Shown here piece by piece: positions 1 to 7,454 of a DNA stretch of 32,000 bases. Source of the stretch: Eikenella longinqua. GTDB taxonomy: Bacteria > Pseudomonadota > Gammaproteobacteria > Burkholderiales > Neisseriaceae. A model generated the notes under the pieces. It saw only the letters and a program-made list of their open reading frames with translations. It was not told the origin of the DNA and searched no databases. Numbering within the stretch: the first letter of the stretch is position 1; every line of letters starts with the position of its first letter. Position numbers and translations under genes: made by a program. The stretch is from contig NZ_LXSL01000017.1 in the NCBI RefSeq assembly GCF_001648355.1, positions 1 to 32,000 of the forward strand, written 5' to 3'.

Positions 1-1559
1 GGGGCGGGCTTTGCGGGCGGTATCGCACATCGGTTCGTAGCTTATTCTTTGCTGTGTTCCGGCTATGCTGAATGAGGTAGGAGCGGGACAGGCGGCATCG
101 GTGTTGAAGATATTGACCGGGGATAGGGCGATATTGATATTTTGCTGCGGTAAGACGACATCTTGATAGTCGGTAGAGCCTATCGGGGCGCACATCATGC
201 TATTAGGGTTTTGGGCGCAGATATCGGGTTTTTCGGCAGTGCTGCCTTCCTTTTGCGGACGGGTGTCCTGCTGCCCCTGTTGATGCTGGCTGGCAACTTC
301 GGCACGGGTGGGGGCTTGGCTGCTGTTGGCGACCAAATCAGGGCGCTGAATGGTGTTTTGGGTGATGCTGCCGTTATTGTTGATGATGAATTGTGTTTGT
401 TGGGCTTGGTTTGCGCCTTCAGGGGTGTAGGGTTGGGTTAGGAAGGTGTTATCTGCAGGGCTGCCCATGACCATGCTTTGCGTGTTGCCGGGACCGATGA
501 CACCGGCGCCCCATAAAGCATTAATCAATTCGGTATGGTTGCGGTTGTTGTCGTTTAAAAGCTGCTCCATCAGGCGAACCATATCGGCTTCTTTAGGCAT
601 GATTTCGGCAAGCTGGGGGGCATGGCTTAAATTCCAGTTTTTCAAATCTTGTTCCGTTGCCTTCTCCGCGGTTATGGTAATCCACGAACCGGCTTGCAAT
701 CGCGGGCTAATTTCAACGCTGCCCAATCTAAACGGCCAGCTGACGTTATCGTTATTTTTCCGCTGCATTAAAATGCCTTCACGCCAGTATTTATATTGCG
801 AATAATCCGCCTTGCTTACGGGTATTTTCCAGTCAATCCGTTGTTTAGTATCATCATTCTGCTCTCTAATTGTTACCATGGCATAATCTTTGTAATCAGC
901 CGGATTAACCCTGTTAGGTAAATTCTGCGGCTGGTAAGTATTAAATTGCTGCTGGGCTTGTGCCAATGCCTGCTGATACATTTGTTGATTCATCTGCTGC
1001 ACATCTGAATTTCCCCAGAGGCTATCGGCTACGTTGCCGCCGAAGCCTGTCCAGTCAAACAGTTTAGCGGTGGCACTTGCAACCTTATTCCAATCGCCCT
1101 CTTCAAAGCCGCGGCTGTACATTTCAGATACACCTTGCGCTTTCAGGCGGCTTAGATGTTGGTCGGCCACCTGCAAAACATACAACGCGCCGAAACCCTG
1201 CGCCAATTTGGACGGGCCGGGCATGGCGGTTTGGGTTTGGATCTGGCCGCGGGCGACGTTGCCGTAATTGTCGTAGAGGTTGACGGGGTTGGTTTTAGTG
1301 CCGACTAGGCCGCCGGAGCCGGAGGAAACTCTTGAATATTGATCTATTCTTATAGGTCCACCATTACGCAAGCCCTCAATGCTAGGAACAAATGCCCTAC
1401 CATTCCCCAACTATAATTGATTGTTCTACCATTAGGGGCTTGCGCAACCGTTTGAAGAGTAGGAGTATTCTGCGGCAGATATGCTGGCACATCCGCCCAA
1501 GCTGGAGCAATCAAGCCCAGCCCAAATAGATTAATCGTAACTAATATCAACCTCCTCAT
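1..1559 (-). pseudogene. Secreted filamentous-prophage protein (TspB-like / pIII-like candidate). Its 3' end runs off the window and the reading frame is broken near 1405-1412.
   Basis: Hand translation of the minus strand from 1410 down to 1 gives about 470 stop-free codons (...GSGGLVGTKTNPVNLYDNYGNVARGQ..., a Q/N-rich middle, and a Cys-containing distal part ...DICAQNPNSMMCAP...ACPAPTSF...EPMCDTARKARP). The ORF track does not list it because its stop lies outside the window. The first in-frame ATG is at 1224, yet 62 more stop-free codons continue upstream and abut ORF 1350..1622. The Met of that ORF at 1559 begins a signal peptide (MRRLILVTINLFGLGLIAPAWA). One extra G in the GGGG run (plus-strand CCCC 1405-1408) would fuse the two frames. 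The gene lies downstream of a zot-like gene. The TspB-like label comes from gene order and memory only. Confidence 0.5.
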
Positions 1560-1800
1560 AACCTTGCTGCAATATATCCAATCCACGATTAAACCTCTCA
1601 TCAAACAAATGCCGGTTGGCACGCAATACGGCCAATTGCGCCGGACTCATCATCAAACCTAAATAAAGCGGCTTATCTGCGCTTGGCCGCACGCCCGCAA
1701 TACCACTATCAAAGCCATCTGCAACCAATGCTCCTACACCCTTAAAAACCGTCATGTAGCCATCATCAACACAATGTACAAACTCAGCCTGCCAATCCAT
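1531..1800 (-). CDS. Hypothetical small prophage-associated protein (89 aa)
   Basis: ORF track 1531..1800 (-). AAAGGG lies about 8 nt upstream of the ATG. It sits between zot and the TspB-like gene on the same strand. I recognise no motif. Confidence 0.4.
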   Translation of the reverse strand: MDWQAEFVHCVDDGYMTVFKGVGALVADGFDSGIAGVRPSADKPLYLGLMMSPAQLAVLRANRHLFDERFNRGLDILQQGYEEVDISYD

Positions 1801-1868
1801 CTTGCTACCCTTTCATTAACAATTTACGTCAGGGCAGCTTAACCAATCCGGGCAGGTTTGGCTAGCTT

Positions 1869-1880
1869 TTCAGGTAGCCT
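1869..1880 (-). repeat. Single DUS (TTCAGGTAGCCT, exact)
   Basis: Exact 12-mer read in the sequence, in the intergenic region between zot and the 89-aa ORF. Confidence 0.8.
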
Positions 1881-2021
1881 GTTCATGCGGCCACTTGAAA
1901 CGGCCGTTTCAACCAGCCCCACCATTTTCAGCACCCCTGCCGCGCTATCGCTTGGCGGATACCTGGCGGAATCGACTGCAAGCAGTCAATTCCGTCAGGC
2001 ATCTCATCCCTTCCCCGCCGT

Positions 2022-2033
2022 TTCAGGCAGCCT
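2022..2033 (-). repeat. Variant DUS (TTCAGGCAGCCT, reverse complement AGGCTGCCTGAA; one base differs from the local dialect)
   Basis: 12-mer read in the sequence. It abuts the zot stop codon (2033-2035). Confidence 0.6.
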
Positions 2034-3026
2034 TATTGCGCCATCGTGCCCTTAGTTTCTGCGTGTGCCATGGTAGGTTTAGCCGGGCTGTCCAAAGTCA
2101 GCACGCTGGCACCGCCTTCGCCGCTGTAGCTGCCCTGCGGCAGGTTGTCGGCAGTTTCCTGCCGGGCTTTGTAAGGGTTGTAAATGCCGTTTTCAACGTA
2201 GCTCCGGCATTGGGTATCGGGTACGGCCACAGGTGTGGCCTGTTCGGTGTAGCAGGTACAGCCACTATCGCTTTGGATACAGGCGACGGGATAGGGCATG
2301 GTTTGGATATTGCGGTTGTGGCCGTTGTAGATGGGAGCTGTCCACGGCTGGCCGTCTATGGCGGGCTGCCAATCTTCGGATTTCAGGTTGTTATCGGGCG
2401 GCTGTTGTACGGTAGCCGGTTGTTCGGCATAGCTGCCTGTTGCCGGATATTGGCCATTTGCCTGTTGTGGGTAGTTTTGCGGCTGCTGCTGATATTGTTC
2501 GACCTGTTGCGCTTGGGCTTGTTCGGGGTGGATTTTGCGCTGATAGCTTGCCCAAACGTAACTCATCAAATAGCCGACAATCACAATGATAACGGGGAGG
2601 GCGTAAACCCACGCGCTGACCGAGCCTTTAAGTTTGGTGTGTTCGCTGGCAGATTTGTACATGCCGAACACGCTTTTTTTCGGCAGAAAGATGCTGTTTT
2701 TGGCTTCGGCCACGTCTGCCCGGGCTTCGGGGTTGGCGCAACGCTGCCAGTAGGAGACACGGCGCAGGCCCAGCATGGTGCGGCTGATGTTGCGGTGTTC
2801 GCCAATCAGGCTTCTTAGATGGACGTCAATTAACCGCGGGTGTTGCGTAAGCACAAAAATATCAATGCCTTTATGGCGATGCGTTTCCAGAGCTTGGATA
2901 TAGTCGGGTACTTTCGCCCCGGCAGGCCGCGGGCGAAAGACCCTTTGCGCTTCGTCAATGACGAGTATCGAACCATCGGGCGCCCATTGGTGCCACGTTT
3001 CCATGCTTTCGCCTTCGGGTAACCAC
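2033..3026 (-). pseudogene. zot: Zonula occludens toxin-like phage assembly ATPase (pI/Zot family), 5'-truncated with the P-loop region missing
   Basis: ORF 2033..3370 (-). The segment WLPEGESMETWHQWAPDGSILVIDEAQRVFRPRPAGAKVPDYIQALETHRHKGIDIFVLTQHPRLIDVHLRSLIGEH matches the Walker-B/central region of Zot-like proteins. It is followed by a TM helix (WVYALPVIIVIVGYLMSYVW) and a Q/P-rich C-terminal domain. There is no GxxGxGK[ST] P-loop anywhere upstream. The first ~110 codons of the listed ORF are antisense to the AAA+ gene and are not Zot-like. Confidence 0.75.
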
Positions 3027-4079
3027 CTGCTCGAAAGCAATGCTGTGCCGATGGTGTGGATTTCCAACCATGTCGGCTGCATGGATGACGCCTTCCTGCG
3101 CCGCTTCGACATCGTACTGCATATGCCTGATTTGCCAGTGCAGCACAAAGCAGGCCTAATTCGCACCCTATCCGGCGGGCGGCTAGATGAAACACAGATT
3201 AATGCGTTATCCAAACAAGACGGCCTGACCCCGGCCGTACTGGAACGCGGTTTCAAAGTGGCTGCTGAGCTGGGAGGTAACCGAAAAGCCTTTGCTGGCC
3301 ATGCCGTTGCCCTATTCAACCAGACACTAAAGGCACAAGGTCGGCGGCCAATCAATCTACCCTCAGCCATACGTGCCGCCTACTCTTTAGACTGGATTGC
3401 CTGCGATAGCGACATACATGCTGTCAGCAAAGGCCTAATTACACATAAAAAAGGCCGCATTTGCTGTTACGGTGCGCCCGGAACAGGCAAAACTGCCCGG
3501 GCAAACTGGCTCGGCGAGCAGGCCGGACTCCCCATTTTGCTGCGCCAGGGCTCGGATTTGCTCGGATCATACGTCGGCGAAACCGAAAAAAATATCGCCG
3601 CCGCTTTCGAACAGGCCAAAGAGCAGGAAATGCTACTGGTGCTGGACGAAGTGGACAGCTTCCTATTCGCCCGCAACGGAGCCGATCGAAGCTGGGAGCG
3701 CAGCATGGTCAACGAAATGCTCACCCAGATCGAGCGCTTTGAGGGCCTCTTGATTGTCTCCACCAATCTGATGCACAGCCTCGATCCAGCTGCTCTTCGT
3801 CGCTTCGATCTGAAACTGCATTTCGGCTATCTCACCCCGCAACAGGTTATCGATCTAGCACAAGAGCAAGCTTCCCTTCTGGGTTTGCCACCCCTCAGCA
3901 CAATCGAGCAAGGCTACCTGAAAATCCTAAGCAACCTCACTCCCGGTGACTTTGCCGCTGCCGCCAGAAGGCATCACTTCGCACCATTTGCCAACACAGC
4001 TGCTTGGATGGCCGCCCTGCAGAGCGAATGCGCCCTCAAACCCGACGGCATACCGAACCGCATCGGCTTCGTTGCCTAA
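3027..4079 (+). CDS. AAA+ ATPase (classical AAA clade). It is the remnant of a two-module protein: the 5' part is deleted and the second AAA module is intact.
   Basis: ORF 2958..4079. The complete module has Walker A GAPGTGKT, Walker B LLVLDEVD, sensor-1 VSTN and LDPAALRRFD. Upstream, only the tail of an earlier module survives (VWISNHVGCMDDAFLRRFD), with no Walker A or B. The ATG at 2958 lies in zot-antisense sequence, so a chimeric N-terminus is possible. The gene contains an exact DUS at 3911-3922. Confidence 0.7.
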   Translation: MLESNAVPMVWISNHVGCMDDAFLRRFDIVLHMPDLPVQHKAGLIRTLSGGRLDETQINALSKQDGLTPAVLERGFKVAAELGGNRKAFAGHAVALFNQTLKAQGRRPINLPSAIRAAYSLDWIACDSDIHAVSKGLITHKKGRICCYGAPGTGKTARANWLGEQAGLPILLRQGSDLLGSYVGETEKNIAAAFEQAKEQEMLLVLDEVDSFLFARNGADRSWERSMVNEMLTQIERFEGLLIVSTNLMHSLDPAALRRFDLKLHFGYLTPQQVIDLAQEQASLLGLPPLSTIEQGYLKILSNLTPGDFAAAARRHHFAPFANTAAWMAALQSECALKPDGIPNRIGFVA

Positions 4080-4112
4080 TGTTTGTTTTACTGTCATGCA
4101 GGAGCAAGCACC

Positions 4113-4937
4113 ATGCTTAAAGAACCAATCCAACAGGCCGCCGCCTATATCCGCCGTGCCGACGCCCTCATCATTACCGCCGGGGCTGGTATCGGCATCG
4201 ATTCCGGTCTGCCCGACTTCCGCGGTATCGACGGCTTCTGGCGTGCTTTTCCACCGCTACGCCGTTGGGGCAAAAACTTCCAAAACATGGCCACCCCAGC
4301 CCTATTCCGTACCGACCCGCATCTGGCCTGGGGCTTCTATGGCTGGCGGCTCAACAGCTACCGCCAGACCGAGCCGCATCAAGGCTTCCATCTCCTAAAA
4401 CAATGGGCCGACAGCAAGGAGCACGGTGCCTTCATTTTTACCAGCAATGTGGACGGCCAATTCCAAAAAGCCGGCTTTCCCGACAACCGCATCATAGCCT
4501 GCCACGGCAGCATCCACGATTTACAATGCACCGGCCACTGCCATGACCAAACTTGGCCAGCCGACAGCTTCGTGCCGCAGGTAGATGAACAGACCTGCCG
4601 ACTGCAAAACAGCCTGCCAGTTTGTCCGCAATGTGGTGCTCTCGCTCGCCCCAACATCCTAATGTTTGACGATTGGGAATGGCTGGAAGAACCAACCATG
4701 ACGCGGCTTCGCCAGTTTAAACAATGGCTACCTGAAATCCGCTGCCCCGTGATCATCGAAATCGGTGCCGGCTCCGCCATCCCCACCGTGCGCCGCTTCT
4801 CCGACCGTACCGCCCGCCATCTGCATGCTCCGCTAATCCGCATCAATCCCGATGAAGCTCAAGTCGGCCAAGAACATCATGTTGGGCTGGCGATGGGAGC
4901 GTTAGCAGCGCTACGAGAATGTGCTCGTTTTTTATGA
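4113..4937 (+). CDS. SIR2-family (sirtuin) NAD-dependent protein deacylase / ADP-ribosyltransferase-like protein
   Basis: ORF 4083..4937. The ATG at 4113 is preceded by AGGAG (4100-4104). Motifs seen: GAGIGIDSGLPDFRGIDGFW (sirtuin GAGxSxxSGIPDFR motif), TSNVDG, catalytic His in ACHGS, and Zn-ribbon cysteines CTGHC...CPQC. The gene starts 33 nt after the AAA+ stop. Confidence 0.85.
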   Translation: MLKEPIQQAAAYIRRADALIITAGAGIGIDSGLPDFRGIDGFWRAFPPLRRWGKNFQNMATPALFRTDPHLAWGFYGWRLNSYRQTEPHQGFHLLKQWADSKEHGAFIFTSNVDGQFQKAGFPDNRIIACHGSIHDLQCTGHCHDQTWPADSFVPQVDEQTCRLQNSLPVCPQCGALARPNILMFDDWEWLEEPTMTRLRQFKQWLPEIRCPVIIEIGAGSAIPTVRRFSDRTARHLHAPLIRINPDEAQVGQEHHVGLAMGALAALRECARFL

Positions 4938-5005
4938 CGTGGTAAGCAGCAGACACGGCTTCAGAAAAGAGCGATCAAACTAACATTAATTCATATTATT
5001 TGATA

Positions 5006-5011
5006 TATAAT
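5006..5011 (+). promoter_or_regulatory. Candidate -10 hexamer (TATAAT) upstream of the AT-rich gene pair
   Basis: TATAAT lies within TGATATATAATTTTT, 29 nt upstream of the ATG at 5040. There is no convincing -35. The surrounding DNA is AT-rich, so chance matches are likely. Confidence 0.25.
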
Positions 5012-5039
5012 TTTTCTTACTTATCGAAAGGTTAAAACG

Positions 5040-5927
5040 ATGAAACTTATTTTTTCACGTAAAGGCTTTGATAGTTCGGCTGGTGGTATACCAAGCCCCA
5101 TCCTACCCGATGGAAGAATGATCTCCCTACCCATACCGGCCAACCCGTACGACAAGAAAACCTTGCATGACGTTTATCTAGACGGCGTTGATATTCATCA
5201 AATGGTTGATGATTTATCCGGCGGAAAGGCCCCGGAACACATACATTTAGATCCGGAACTCAGGCGGCATCCACGACAAACACCTTCCGATTGGCGACCT
5301 GCATTCGGGCAGGTAAATGCCGCGCAAACCCATTTAAACAACCATCAAGTTGGCATAGGTGATGTTTTCCTATTTTTTGGCTGGTTTAAAGAAGTAGAGC
5401 TATCCTCAACAGGACGATGGCAATATAAAAAAACTGCCCCTGATATTCAAGTCATGTTTGGCTGGCTTGAAATTGGAGAAATTTTCAACACCATTAAAGA
5501 TAGGATGCAAGCACTATCAAAGTATCCTTGGCTTATTGAACACCCACATTTTAATCAAGAAAATTACAAACATCCTAGCAATACAGTTTATCTCGCCAAA
5601 GATAAATCAGTATATTCGGATCAATTATCATATGGTGGCGGGATATTCCCATCTTTTTCTCCTGCTTTACAATTAACAAAAACCGGAATGAGCCGCAGTA
5701 TTTGGCAACTGCCAAAATGGTTCTATCCAGTTGATGGTCATGCCTTGTCATATCATTCAAATCTGGATTGCTGGAAATGCTCCGATGACCCTAAATATAT
5801 TATACTCCATAGCGCCAAACGAGGGCAAGAATTTATTATTGATAGCGCATACTATCCCCAGTTGGAAAACTGGCTTGCCAGTGTTATCAAAAACCATGCT
5901 AGCACTATTAAGGATTCTGAACAATGA
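5040..5927 (+). CDS. Uncharacterised 295-aa protein, first gene of the AT-rich pair (possibly Nmad3-like; unverified recollection)
   Basis: The ORF starts with ATG and has AAAGG about 10 nt upstream. Sample lines give about 30-38% GC. Its stop overlaps the next start (ATGA 5924-5927). N-terminal motif: IFSRKGFDSSAGGIPSPILPDGRMISLPIP. A later motif is IGDVFLFFGWF. I see no signal peptide, TM segment or P-loop. Confidence 0.8.
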   Translation: MKLIFSRKGFDSSAGGIPSPILPDGRMISLPIPANPYDKKTLHDVYLDGVDIHQMVDDLSGGKAPEHIHLDPELRRHPRQTPSDWRPAFGQVNAAQTHLNNHQVGIGDVFLFFGWFKEVELSSTGRWQYKKTAPDIQVMFGWLEIGEIFNTIKDRMQALSKYPWLIEHPHFNQENYKHPSNTVYLAKDKSVYSDQLSYGGGIFPSFSPALQLTKTGMSRSIWQLPKWFYPVDGHALSYHSNLDCWKCSDDPKYIILHSAKRGQEFIIDSAYYPQLENWLASVIKNHASTIKDSEQ

Positions 5928-6568
5928 AATTAGAACTTAGCAGTAATAATCGCCTTTATACCTACAAAGTTGCCTATGATTCTGGAACTGCTCCAAATCC
6001 CGATTTCAATACTTGTACATTAGCTATCTGTAAACCGGCAATACGGCGGACAGCTAAAGTTGGTGATATTATTGTCGGCTTTGATTGCCTTGAAAATCAG
6101 GATCGTATCATCTACTGCATGCAGGTTGATGAGGTTTTAACATGGTCAGAATATGTTGCACGTTGTGAGATAGATCAATCCCTAAACGGGAAGATTCCAA
6201 AAAATCAAAATGATGCGGGAGACTGCATATGGGTAGAAGAACGATTTGAGAGCTACGAGCCGCTGCCTTCATGGTCTTGGCACGGTCGAGACGAATTTTA
6301 TTCAGATGTATTAACAGGGAAAAATGTATTATTAGGCAAAAAATTCTGGTATTTCGGCAAAGGAGATAAGTATGAAATTCGCTTACCTGAAAAATTGCTC
6401 AATATTATCCCTAACCGCGGGCATCGTTCTAATTCCAATGATGAATATAAAGAGGCATTCATTACTTTCTTTAATATGATCTTGGATAAAGAAAAAATCC
6501 CTCTCGGAAAAAACGGCACACCTAAAAATGCTCCAAAAAACCAAACTGAACAGAAAAAATGCTCCTAA
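5924..6568 (+). CDS. Uncharacterised 214-aa protein, second gene of the AT-rich pair (possibly Nmad2-like; unverified recollection)
   Basis: ATG at 5924 with AAGGA 9 nt upstream. Motifs: YKVAYDSGTAPNPDFNTCTLAICKPAIRRTAKVGDIIVGF. The C-terminal tail is Lys-rich. It is translationally coupled to the upstream gene. Confidence 0.8.
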   Translation: MKLELSSNNRLYTYKVAYDSGTAPNPDFNTCTLAICKPAIRRTAKVGDIIVGFDCLENQDRIIYCMQVDEVLTWSEYVARCEIDQSLNGKIPKNQNDAGDCIWVEERFESYEPLPSWSWHGRDEFYSDVLTGKNVLLGKKFWYFGKGDKYEIRLPEKLLNIIPNRGHRSNSNDEYKEAFITFFNMILDKEKIPLGKNGTPKNAPKNQTEQKKCS

Positions 6569-6618
6569 CTCCCAAGCTATTCTAATGAGAAGAAACAGAC
6601 TAAACAAAAAGGATTTTC

Positions 6619-7362
6619 GTGCTTCAACTCGCCTACTTCCAAATGGCCGGCGCCGGCAAAACGCGCAATCAGGATGCCCTATTTGATGGCACGGCAGTAA
6701 GGCAAGTACGGCTGCACAAAACTCGTTTGTCCGAAACAGCCGATACTGTTCGGCTGGCGGTCGCCGACGGTGTATTCAACAGCCCGGCCGCACACCTGGC
6801 CAGCCGTTTTTGGATGGAAGCCTTTGCTCGCGAAGGCGATGCCGAAGGCCGTTTCCTACGGCGGCTGCACGGCAGCTTTTGTGATCAACTGGCAACTGCA
6901 TATTTCGGCTCAGCCTCCACCTTTGCTTCGGCAATAGTCGAAGCAAACGGTTTATGCCGTATCTGCAATGTTGGCGATAGCCGCGTTTATCATATATCCG
7001 CCAACGGCTGCTGGCGGTAAGTAAGCCATGATCACACCGTATTAGCCGATTTGATTGAACAAGGAGAAGCACAGCCAGGCACAGACTATGCTGGGATTTA
7101 CTACGCATTGGCACATTGCCTGACAGCGGATTATGAAGAAACCCTTTTTAAAATATACACCGCCTCCTTCACTCTGCTAAGAAACGAAACCGTTCTGGTT
7201 TGTTCCGATGGTTTGCACGATGCGCTATCTCATCACCAATTAGAAGAATTGTGGCGTGCTTACCATTCTTTGCCCGATAGGCTGGAAGCCTTACGCCGTA
7301 CAGTAAAACGGGTTCCCTTTCATGATGACTGTTCGGTGGCAGCATGCCTGCTGCAAGGTTAG
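6619..7362 (+). pseudogene. PP2C-family (PPM) Ser/Thr phosphatase interrupted by one in-frame TAA at 7018-7020
   Basis: ORFs 6619..7020 and 7051..7362 are in the same frame. Reading through the stop gives ...GDSRVYHISANGCWR*VSHDHTVLADLIEQG.... PPM motifs seen in order: TRNQDA, AVADGV, GDSRVY, SHDHT, VCSDGLHDAL and HDDCSV. The GTG at 6619 has AAGGA 6 nt upstream; an alternative ATG lies at 6643. Confidence 0.75.
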
Positions 7363-7454
7363 TTTCCACCGGTACCGTGTTGCACACCTTTTCCTTGAAG
7401 CCTAAAATGGTAACGTCATTCTGTTTTCCCATTTTCAGTGAAAAGGAGCAAATC

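Noticed and set aside
615-620. G6 homopolymer (C6 on the coding strand) in the TspB-like gene as a phase-variation tract
   Set aside because: The frame is intact across it, and six residues is short for slipped-strand switching.
1895-2818. 307-aa plus-strand ORF overlapping zot
   Set aside because: It is antisense to the Zot-like frame, which has clear family motifs, and it has no recognisable features of its own.
3027-3370. N-terminal ~110 codons of ORF 2033..3370, considered as part of Zot
   Set aside because: There is no P-loop or Zot-like sequence. This stretch is antisense to the AAA+ gene, so the ORF is extended only because stops are absent.
7018-7020. Programmed recoding (selenocysteine or readthrough) at the PP2C internal stop
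   Set aside because: The codon is TAA, not TGA, and no SECIS-like hairpin is evident downstream. A nonsense mutation or sequencing error is the simpler explanation.
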